From the NCBI GenBank assembly GCA_038861545.1, contig JAWCCZ010000001.1, forward strand, positions 384,001 through 448,000: DNA of 64,000 bases, given 5' to 3'. Position 1 is the first letter of the stretch. The number at the start of each line of letters is the position of its first letter. The translations under genes and the position numbers were made by a program. Positions 20,493 through 28,736 of the stretch are shown piece by piece. The notes under the pieces were generated by a model. That model was not told the origin of the DNA. It did no database searches and worked only from the letters and a program-made list of their open reading frames with translations. The DNA is from Thermofilaceae archaeon. Lineage in GTDB: Archaea; Thermoproteota; Thermoprotei; Thermofilales; Thermofilaceae.

Positions 20493-22889
20493 ATGCCCAG
20501 CGGGCAGATCAGCAAGAGTACATGGAATCGCAATGACAAATCATTACTGTCTAACAGGAAGTTTATAACGGTTTTAACCTTATTTTCTATAACTGCTCTA
20601 TCCCTCTTTTCGGTTAGAACAGTAGCCGTCGGTGGCGAGATAGCTGGTTGGGATCACTCCTTTCACTACACTAATGCATACCTGATATACTACTTCTTCT
20701 TGCCAGATGGTAGCCCGCTGGGTTATGATCCTTGGCACATGTTAGGCTGGAGCCCGAACCTCTACTACAATTTAGGGACTTCGCTTTTCGTCACGTTATC
20801 CTACAGCTTTCTATCACCACTGTTGGATATGAAATCAGTCTACAGCCTATGCGTCGCGCTCAGTTACGCGCTTCTAGCTCCAGCGACGTTTATTCTAGTG
20901 TACGCAATGACCGGGTCGTACACCACCGGCCTCATAGCTGCTCTCATCAGCGTTGCAGTCTTCGACGAAGAAGATTCATGGATATCGGCAGGGTGGAGGC
21001 AGGTTCACTATATAGCTATGTGGCCCCAACGGTGGGGGATCGTTACAGGTATCTCAGCCCTAGGTTTGTTTATACTCGCTTTACGCTATAAGCGAGCCGG
21101 TGTGTGGGAATTTCTCCTGGCCTCCTTAGCTGCTCTCCTGCTAGCTTGGGCGACTCTTTCGCACGTTGTAATGGGTGCGGCCACCCTTATCCTAATGTTA
21201 GTGGCCGCTGTTTTCAAGCTAGCCGAGGACATAATAGTTAGAGGAAAGAGGGAAGCATTAAACCATATTTACTTGCTGTTATTCACAATTATGCTTTCCT
21301 TTGGTTTAATGGCATTCTGGGCTGTTCCGTTACTGGAGACCAACCAAGAGTTTCACGGGTTGTATACGCTTACATGGGAGCTCGGAGTTGGAGTTATAGG
21401 TACGATAACTTCCTCCTACCCATTCTATTTTAACTTACTTGTACCATTAGGGCCAGCTCTTTCTCTTTTTAAACAGCGGGAGAAAAAAGCATCAATCTGG
21501 GCTTTGTACGCAGGTTGGCTTTTATTCACACTTACAGTTCTCTTCGCGTCAAGGGTAATACCCGGCAACATGATAGGTTCGCTCAGCATCTACACTATGC
21601 TTTTAGCCCTAGCTCTTTATTTGAAAACCCGAGGCGGTTTAGCCCATATTTTACTTCCTACATCGGCTACTCTGCTGCTGTGGTTGGCTACTGGACCTAG
21701 CACATACGTGGTTAACCTCTTAGGCTTACCGCTAGACCTGAGAAAGCTCCCACTCGTAGAATGGTTGGGTTACGGTAAGTTCGCAGGTTACGCCAGGTAT
21801 ATTTTCTTAGCTTACTACTCAGTTACGGTCTCCAGCTTAGCATCTTGGGCGGTGGATCACTTGAAAAGTGAGAGCGACTCTAGAACCCCCGAGTTGCGAA
21901 CGGTGGCGCTCCTCCTTCTTTCTCTTATCGTGGCAGGGTTTCTAGGACCAGTTTTACAGAGTTTCCCTAAAAACACCGATTTACTGGGTTCTTCTGAAAG
22001 TAAAAAGTTCTGGCTCATCGAAGAATTTCCGCTTTACCAGAACGTAAGTCTGTTCGTAAACTCGCTCAGCTTGCTAGGGATCGAGGATAACACGTACTTG
22101 CTTGTCCAGGATCTAAGCGACAACTTCGCCGACTGGAGCACTTTCTGTCACAACCATTTCGTATACGAGTTCCCGTTGTACATCGGGAAACCAGTAATCG
22201 GCGGGATTGTTTGGACAAGGTACGTCACCCAGCCTATCTCAACTACCGAATACTCTAGGATGTTTTCAATGGATAATGCCTACTGGGCTGAAAATATCGA
22301 GATATTTTATTCGCAGCTGAAAGAACTCGGCATCTCCTATGTTGCCGTGTTTGATTCACGATTAAAAGATTCCTTGAAAAAAAGCGATCTCTTTGAAGAA
22401 GTCCTCTCAATCCCCCCTTACACGCTGTTTAGAACTAGAGAGTTCAACCAAATAGTAACCATCAACTCGTCCAGTGCACGTATTGAGAACGTTGTTATTC
22501 GACCAAACCTTATCCGCTTTACGATTAGAGCTAAGCCGATGGAGGTTTACCGAGTTAAAATAAAGTTGGTAGCTTTCCCTCGCTGGGTTGTAACAACGCA
22601 GCCGGAGGCTTTTTTCCTCAAGATCTTGACGTACAACCCCTGCATAGTTGAGGAAACCTCTCGAGCGTGGGGGTATCCAGTCGGTTCGAAAATACCATTC
22701 TTCGACCTGTTGATAGTTCCAGCGTCAGAAGCTACGACAGTTGAATTGAGGTACAATCCACACACCATCGGCGACTGGATTACGACCCTAGCGCTACTTG
22801 TAGTAAGTGCAGCTGTAATTACCTTTTTGGCGTCGCGGCCAGTATTCTTTAAACTTTTCATTAGAAGGCTCTCCAAACAGCAGTACTAA
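20493..22889 (+). CDS. GT-C-fold-like membrane protein (6-pyruvoyl-tetrahydropterin synthase-related / YfhO-like)
   Basis: GWDHSFHY and PWHMLGWSPNLYYNLG in the first external loop; about 13 TMs, a soluble external domain and a terminal TM, as in GT-C glycosyltransferases. Confidence 0.6.
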   Translation: MPSGQISKSTWNRNDKSLLSNRKFITVLTLFSITALSLFSVRTVAVGGEIAGWDHSFHYTNAYLIYYFFLPDGSPLGYDPWHMLGWSPNLYYNLGTSLFVTLSYSFLSPLLDMKSVYSLCVALSYALLAPATFILVYAMTGSYTTGLIAALISVAVFDEEDSWISAGWRQVHYIAMWPQRWGIVTGISALGLFILALRYKRAGVWEFLLASLAALLLAWATLSHVVMGAATLILMLVAAVFKLAEDIIVRGKREALNHIYLLLFTIMLSFGLMAFWAVPLLETNQEFHGLYTLTWELGVGVIGTITSSYPFYFNLLVPLGPALSLFKQREKKASIWALYAGWLLFTLTVLFASRVIPGNMIGSLSIYTMLLALALYLKTRGGLAHILLPTSATLLLWLATGPSTYVVNLLGLPLDLRKLPLVEWLGYGKFAGYARYIFLAYYSVTVSSLASWAVDHLKSESDSRTPELRTVALLLLSLIVAGFLGPVLQSFPKNTDLLGSSESKKFWLIEEFPLYQNVSLFVNSLSLLGIEDNTYLLVQDLSDNFADWSTFCHNHFVYEFPLYIGKPVIGGIVWTRYVTQPISTTEYSRMFSMDNAYWAENIEIFYSQLKELGISYVAVFDSRLKDSLKKSDLFEEVLSIPPYTLFRTREFNQIVTINSSSARIENVVIRPNLIRFTIRAKPMEVYRVKIKLVAFPRWVVTTQPEAFFLKILTYNPCIVEETSRAWGYPVGSKIPFFDLLIVPASEATTVELRYNPHTIGDWITTLALLVVSAAVITFLASRPVFFKLFIRRLSKQQY

Positions 22890-22983
22890 TTTAGAAGGAA
22901 GATTGAATGCAGTCCATGACATGTCTTCTTGGGTATTTTTAACGTTAGTCTTTTTCCCTCCTGCAAAGCGATAGGGGGGCGGG

Positions 22984-24564
22984 ATGCTTTTTAAGGATCT
23001 TGCCGAGCTGGCGAGGAAACTAGAGGGACTAAAAAGCAGAACTGAAAAGGTAAGTATTCTAGCGCAAACTCTGCGCGGCCTTTCGCCGGAGGAGGGGGAA
23101 GTCGCGATCCGCCTATTGACCGGTAGGGTATTCCCCGAGTATTCTGAAGCAAATTTAGGGGTTGGGTGGAGCCTGTTAAGCACAGCATATAGAAATGTAA
23201 AAGGGTCGCCTGCGCTTTTTCTAAGGCAGCTAACGGTCAACGATGTATATAAACGCTTATCCGAGATAGCAGAAGCCACCGGCGAAGATTCTCGAAAAAG
23301 GAAGCTAAGGTTGCTTCAAGCTTTGCTCGCCAACATGGATAAACTGGAGTTCGAGTACTTCATAAGATTCATAACTGGGGAACCGAGGATCGGGGCAAAT
23401 GAGGGCATAGTTCTCGAAGCCTTGGCTAAAGTTGCTAACGTGGATTATGACACTGTACGTAGAGCATACATGTTCACAGGGGACCTAGGTGATTTGACTA
23501 AAAGTATTTTAGAGGGCGCGAGACTTGAAGAAATTACGCTCCAGCTTTTTCGGCCTGTAAGACCAATGCTAGCCGAGATGGCTAGCGATGTTAGACGGGC
23601 TTTAAAAGAGTGTGGCGGGCAGGCTGCTCTCGAATTCAAGTACGACGGTATAAGAATTCAAGTCCATAAGAGAGGGAAAGAAGTAAGACTTTTCACGAGA
23701 AGGCTTAGCAATGTAACTCACAGTTTGCCGGATGTGGTAAACCAGGTTACCGAGCACGTCCATGCGGAAGAAGCAGTTCTCGATTCTGAGGCTATAAGCT
23801 TCCAAGACGGCAAACCTCTCCGATTTCAAGATCTTGTCAGAAGGGTTAGGAGGAAAAATGATGTCTGGTCAATGATAAAGGAGATGCCCTTCGCCATTAA
23901 AGTGTTTGACTTAATCTACTTAGATGGCAGAGTTTTTGTCAATGAAGCCTACGAGGCCCGATGGGAAAGGCTATTAGAGAAAGTTGACCAGGAAATATTG
24001 ATAGAAAGGATCGTTACCAGTGATGTAGAAGAAGCTGAGAAATTTTACAGGGAAAGTGTTGAGAAGGGTAATGAAGGTCTCGTAGTAAAAAACCTTCGTT
24101 CTCCCTATACTCCCGGAGTAAGAGGTAGGTACTGGTTTAAGGTAAAGCCGGCTGAAACTATTGACCTAGTTATAGTAGGCGCTGAGCGCGGTCATGGACG
24201 CAGAAGTAGGTGGTACAGCGACTATTACCTAGCGGTTTTAGACGTGAAACGGGGGGAGTATCTCGTAGTGGGTAAAACTTTCAAAGGATTAACAGACGTC
24301 GAGTTTGAAGAGGTTACACGCAAGCTTTCCGAGCTTAAAGTAAGGGACGAGGGCTGGAGGATATGGGTTAAGCCCACGATGGTGGTTGAAGTTGCATTTA
24401 ACGAAATTCAGCGAAGCCCAAAATATCGATCCGGCTTCGCGCTTCGCTTCGCCCGTATCTTGCGCTTCAGACCTGATAAATCACCGCAAGATATAGCTAC
24501 TTTAGAGGATGTTAAAAAAATGTATGAGGACCAATTTAAGCGAAGGGCTCGAGTCTCCTTTTAA
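22984..24564 (+). CDS. lig: ATP-dependent DNA ligase (LigB-like)
   Basis: Motif I EFKYDGIRIQVHK, EGLVVK, WFKVK, DLVIVGA, and OB-domain VVEVAFNEIQRSPKY..GFALRFARI. Confidence 0.95.
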   Translation: MLFKDLAELARKLEGLKSRTEKVSILAQTLRGLSPEEGEVAIRLLTGRVFPEYSEANLGVGWSLLSTAYRNVKGSPALFLRQLTVNDVYKRLSEIAEATGEDSRKRKLRLLQALLANMDKLEFEYFIRFITGEPRIGANEGIVLEALAKVANVDYDTVRRAYMFTGDLGDLTKSILEGARLEEITLQLFRPVRPMLAEMASDVRRALKECGGQAALEFKYDGIRIQVHKRGKEVRLFTRRLSNVTHSLPDVVNQVTEHVHAEEAVLDSEAISFQDGKPLRFQDLVRRVRRKNDVWSMIKEMPFAIKVFDLIYLDGRVFVNEAYEARWERLLEKVDQEILIERIVTSDVEEAEKFYRESVEKGNEGLVVKNLRSPYTPGVRGRYWFKVKPAETIDLVIVGAERGHGRRSRWYSDYYLAVLDVKRGEYLVVGKTFKGLTDVEFEEVTRKLSELKVRDEGWRIWVKPTMVVEVAFNEIQRSPKYRSGFALRFARILRFRPDKSPQDIATLEDVKKMYEDQFKRRARVSF

Positions 24565-25328
24565 GGAGCTTCGCTCCGTTCATCCTCCAGCGCTTTTTTC
24601 AATTCGTCTCTGAGTTTCTCCTGCGTCTTTTTTAATTCTTCTAATTTTCCCATAAGCTCTTGAAGGACTGGTCTGATACTTTCAACACCTTTATGGGCTA
24701 GGAAGGCAACCGCCTCGCTTCTGCTCTTGAATACGCCTGCCTCTACAAGCGCGTCAGTTACATCTAAATCGCCCTGCGGTAACCTAACCGAGACTACGTA
24801 CGAGGGGCCTATGATAGACTCGCCTTTCAAAGCTTTATCCAACTTTTTCATTGCTTCATCCAAACTCTTCATAGCCACACCTATGCTCTTTTCAATAACC
24901 CTGCTAACTTCCTCCCCTATATTCTCAAATCCTCTATCTAGGTGAACCACACTAGCCTCTACCCTAGTCGGTCTCGCTTGCCGTGCAAGATCCCTAACAC
25001 TGTCAAGGAAATCTTCTACAGTATCACTCCACTTTTCAAAAAACTCGTCTACGCTCTCTCTTAACTCCTCCAGTTCGCTCCTTTCACCGGGATTCATTTT
25101 TAACCACGCTTCTCTAATAGAGCCCCGGATTTCGAGTCGCGATTCTAGTAATCGTCTCCTAAAATCGTGGAGTTTTCTTCTAAGATCCGTAACCTGCTCT
25201 ATCTGTTTTTCTTCTCCACTTAGTATTTTTCTCTCAAGTGTTTTTAGTTCTTCATTTAGATCATTTAGAGTCTTAGAGAATTCCGCATCTAGTTCCTTCA
25301 ATTTAGACCTAATATTTTCTATTGACAT
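24561..25328 (-). CDS. Coiled-coil protein with C-terminal ribbon-helix-helix domain
   Basis: Heptad-rich helical N-terminus; YVVSVRLPQGDLDVTDALVEAGVFKSRSEAV is a CopG/RHH pattern. Its stop codon overlaps that of lig (TTAA). Confidence 0.75.
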   Translation of the reverse strand: MSIENIRSKLKELDAEFSKTLNDLNEELKTLERKILSGEEKQIEQVTDLRRKLHDFRRRLLESRLEIRGSIREAWLKMNPGERSELEELRESVDEFFEKWSDTVEDFLDSVRDLARQARPTRVEASVVHLDRGFENIGEEVSRVIEKSIGVAMKSLDEAMKKLDKALKGESIIGPSYVVSVRLPQGDLDVTDALVEAGVFKSRSEAVAFLAHKGVESIRPVLQELMGKLEELKKTQEKLRDELKKALEDERSEAP

Positions 25329-25338
25329 ACCGATTCTA

Positions 25339-25441
25339 TGTAAGTTACAACATTTTTTAAAGTTTTCTCACATATCATGGTATGCTCCACCCCATGCGCG
25401 CCTAGAAGTCGTAAACATTTTACAATGCCTAGTAACTTACT
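25339..25441. promoter_or_regulatory. Cluster of GTAA-n-TTAC palindromes, candidate operator
   Basis: TGTAAGTTACA 25339-25349, GTAAACATTTTAC 25411-25423 and AGTAACTTACT 25431-25441, all upstream of the RHH gene. Confidence 0.4.
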
Positions 25442-27713
25442 CCTCAAGTATTACGTCGGCCTGAGTTAAGAAGAGACGACGCGAGGCCACTTCCAAAGTT
25501 TTTCCTACTACTTTCAACTGACCCTCCAAGACTGTATCCTCTGCATGCCTAGCTACAATCACTCTATACTCTCCAGGCTCTACAACAAGCCTTGCATTTC
25601 TATCGTAAAAGGCGAGTAGTTCAATAGGAAGCTTGAAAGTGACCTGCACTCTCTTACCCGGTTCTATCGTTATGCGTTTAAAGCCTCTGAGTTCCCTTAC
25701 CGGTCTAGTAACGCTTGAGCGTTTTTTGGTAATATACAGCTGAACCACTTCATCGCCTTTAATTTCACCTATATTCTCTACAGTTACAGAAACTTCAACA
25801 GTATTTCCGTTTTCGATTACTTCCGGTTTAATCCGCAAATCACTGTACTTGAATTTCGTATAGCTCAATCCGAAGCCGAGTGGGAATAAAGGCTTTGAAT
25901 CTAGTTCTACATAGGGGTTAAAGGAAGCCCCCCTCCTGTAGTAATATACCGGTATCTGGCCCGCTTCCTTAGGCACCGAAATCGGTAACCTACCACCCGG
26001 GCTGTAAATTCCGAATATTATCTCGGCTAATGCTAACCCTCCTTCTTCACCAGGGTACCAGGCCTCAATTAGAGCATTCAATCTCTCTAGGATATCGGGT
26101 GGCAGCGATATAGGCCTTCCATTCACCAGAACCAGCACCGTTGCTTTACCGAGCGAAAGTATCCTCCGAAGCAGTTCCTCCTGGACTCCTGGTAACCCTA
26201 AGCTTACCCTATCCACCCCTTCCCCCGACGAGAGTTCAGGGTTGGATAGCCAGAAGCCACCGGAGCGTTCTCCCATGACAGCTATCACAACGTCCGCGTT
26301 TTGGGAAACTTTCAAAGCTTCCTCGAAGCCATCTGTTCGATGGGAGCGGACACTGCAACCCTCGGCATAGGATACTTTAGTCCCAGGTGGAGCTAAGCTC
26401 TTTAGCCCCTCGAGTACTGAGGTTACTTTGACCGTGGGTTCGGGTAAACCCACATGCGCTGCATAGTGGTAGTCTCCTAAAAGCGCTGTTCCACTGGCGG
26501 CGTTAGGGCCTATAACAGCTACATTTCTAACATGTTTTCTAAGTGGAAGGATCCCGTCATTCTTGAGTAACACGATCGATTCCCTGGCGGCTTCTCGAGC
26601 CAAGTTCCTAGCTTCATGGGTGTCAAGCGTCTCTGGCACTTCTTCATTTACGTACGGGTTCTCAAATAACCCGAGCAAGAACTTCAAGGTAAGGACTCTT
26701 TCGACAGCCCTGTCTATGTCATTTGCCGAAACTAAGCCTTCATGCACGCCGTCGATAAGGCGTAAATAACAGTCAGGATGAGGCAGCTCTATATCTACTC
26801 CCGCTTCAAGCGCCTGAATAGCTGCATCTAAATCCCTTTCCGCAACTCGATGTGCAGTTTCAAGTTGACGAACCGCAAAGTAGTCTGAAACAACTATCCC
26901 CTTAAAACCCCATTCACCCCTTAAAAGATCTGTAAGAAGCCAGCGGTTTGCATGACAAGGCACACCATCGATTTCATGGTAAGCAGGCATAACCGATAAC
27001 GCACCAGCCTCCTTTACGGCCGCTTCAAAGGGGAAGAGGAATACCTCTCGGAGTTCTCGGATACCTACCTGTACTCGAGCAGTATTTCTCCCTCCTTCAG
27101 GAAAACCGTGAGCAGCAAAGTGTTTAAGGGTTGCAACAATACCCTTACGCAAATCGTCGGACTGCAAGCCCATTACATATGCAACGCCCATTGCTGCAAC
27201 CAAGTAGGGATCCTCACCATAAGTTTCTTCGGTCCTCCCCCAACGAGGATCCCTGCATACATCAAGGACGGGCGCTAAGCATTGGTTTGTGCCCACAAGC
27301 CTAGCTTGCCTTCTAATTTCATCTGCTACCCTGAAGACCAGCTCAGGATTCCATGTGCTGGCTAAACCTATAGCTTGAGGGAAGCAAGTTGCCGTGCTAG
27401 CCATTAAACCCGCGAGCGATTCCTCGTGTACTATAGCTGGTATGTGGTGCGGTGTCTCCTCGACTAGGAACCATTGAATATCGTTTACAAGCTTGGCCGC
27501 TTCTCTAGGTCTTAGAGCTAACCTGCTACCAGATACTCTGGTAATCTCCCCTATTCCATACTTTAACACTTCTAGAGCTTTCGCTTTTGAGAAACTTTTC
27601 CCTTCAACTAGAGCTTCTACCGGAAGCGAGACAAGTTGAGCCACTTTTTCTTCGAGGCTCATCTCCGAGAGGAGGCTTCTTACCCTCCTCTCCACCCCCT
27701 CTCCATGCGTCAC
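25437..27713 (-). CDS. GH3 beta-glucosidase/xylosidase (cytoplasmic)
   Basis: LEEKVAQL, RDPRWGRTEETYGEDP, LKHFAAHG, GIVVSDY nucleophile motif, and a C-terminal FnIII domain with ELRGFKRI. Confidence 0.95.
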   Translation of the reverse strand: MTHGEGVERRVRSLLSEMSLEEKVAQLVSLPVEALVEGKSFSKAKALEVLKYGIGEITRVSGSRLALRPREAAKLVNDIQWFLVEETPHHIPAIVHEESLAGLMASTATCFPQAIGLASTWNPELVFRVADEIRRQARLVGTNQCLAPVLDVCRDPRWGRTEETYGEDPYLVAAMGVAYVMGLQSDDLRKGIVATLKHFAAHGFPEGGRNTARVQVGIRELREVFLFPFEAAVKEAGALSVMPAYHEIDGVPCHANRWLLTDLLRGEWGFKGIVVSDYFAVRQLETAHRVAERDLDAAIQALEAGVDIELPHPDCYLRLIDGVHEGLVSANDIDRAVERVLTLKFLLGLFENPYVNEEVPETLDTHEARNLAREAARESIVLLKNDGILPLRKHVRNVAVIGPNAASGTALLGDYHYAAHVGLPEPTVKVTSVLEGLKSLAPPGTKVSYAEGCSVRSHRTDGFEEALKVSQNADVVIAVMGERSGGFWLSNPELSSGEGVDRVSLGLPGVQEELLRRILSLGKATVLVLVNGRPISLPPDILERLNALIEAWYPGEEGGLALAEIIFGIYSPGGRLPISVPKEAGQIPVYYYRRGASFNPYVELDSKPLFPLGFGLSYTKFKYSDLRIKPEVIENGNTVEVSVTVENIGEIKGDEVVQLYITKKRSSVTRPVRELRGFKRITIEPGKRVQVTFKLPIELLAFYDRNARLVVEPGEYRVIVARHAEDTVLEGQLKVVGKTLEVASRRLFLTQADVILEE

Positions 27714-27737
27714 ATAGGGTAGCCGTATCTCAGATAT

Positions 27738-28706
27738 TTATCGGTTAGCTCTCTTTTTAGCCGTTAAATACACGAATATTGTTGCGGCGATTACGGTGAC
27801 AGCCACGAATGCTAGTAGAGTGTATAGGAGCGCAGACCCTGCTCTTTTCTCGCCGACTTCTTGGAGGCTTAACTCGCTTATTATCTTCGACTTCAGCTCA
27901 TTGAGCGGTGCGCCAGCTGATAACTCTCCATAAATCAATGCAAGTTTTTCAACACCGGATGAAGGCGTATTAGAGTAGGGTAGCAGGTACACGATAAACC
28001 TGACCGTCTGTCCGGCTGACAACGTAAATTGTTGGGCTATCCAATTCCTTAGAGAGTAAACGCTTCCACCCCACTCTCTTTCATCGTCTATGCTAACCGG
28101 CATCCCCTGCGGCCAAGCATCAGAGATCACCGAAAAAATTAACCCGTTTTCTTCATCTACCGGAACTACATAACCGATTGCCTCATTCATCCAAGTGAGC
28201 TGGAATTCCCCAGGTACACTTTCTTCCCTAAGCCTTACAGGGATCAAACTTCCATTCATTAAGGCGATGTACACGTTTTTACCCGAAAATCGGTTTATAG
28301 GTAGCTGAAGGGTCCACGAAAGGCCAGAGAAGCTTGAGTCCGAGACTACGGTGAAATTAATCTCTAGAAGGGATTCAGCAAGCCCTAGCCAGTACTTAAC
28401 TTTTGGTCTAATTTCTGCGTACTCGCACCTAGCATAACATTCTAATTCAACTTCGGTTTCAGATCCCGTAGGGCCAGATACTAGCCTCCACTCACTTTGA
28501 GAGCTACAAGCGCTAACCCAGCTCCAACCTGGCCCCCAGTTCATCAAGCTGCCAGTACCCACGCTAATCCCCTCTTTACTGAGGCCGAGAACCCCTCTAT
28601 TGGATATATTGAAGGTTAAGGGTCCAACTTCATAGTTAGGTTGGGCTGGGGCAGATGCCGCTACAACCACGAAAAATAAAAGTAGAAGTTCCCATGCGCG
28701 TTCCAC
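27738..28706 (-). CDS. Secreted protein with C-terminal membrane anchor, aromatic-rich beta ectodomain
   Basis: N-terminal signal (LLLLFFVVVAASA), Trp-rich body, terminal TM plus KKRANR. Confidence 0.7.
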   Translation of the reverse strand: MERAWELLLLFFVVVAASAPAQPNYEVGPLTFNISNRGVLGLSKEGISVGTGSLMNWGPGWSWVSACSSQSEWRLVSGPTGSETEVELECYARCEYAEIRPKVKYWLGLAESLLEINFTVVSDSSFSGLSWTLQLPINRFSGKNVYIALMNGSLIPVRLREESVPGEFQLTWMNEAIGYVVPVDEENGLIFSVISDAWPQGMPVSIDDEREWGGSVYSLRNWIAQQFTLSAGQTVRFIVYLLPYSNTPSSGVEKLALIYGELSAGAPLNELKSKIISELSLQEVGEKRAGSALLYTLLAFVAVTVIAATIFVYLTAKKRANR

Positions 28707-28736
28707 AACAGCTTTAGCAATGCATGCCTATAAAAG

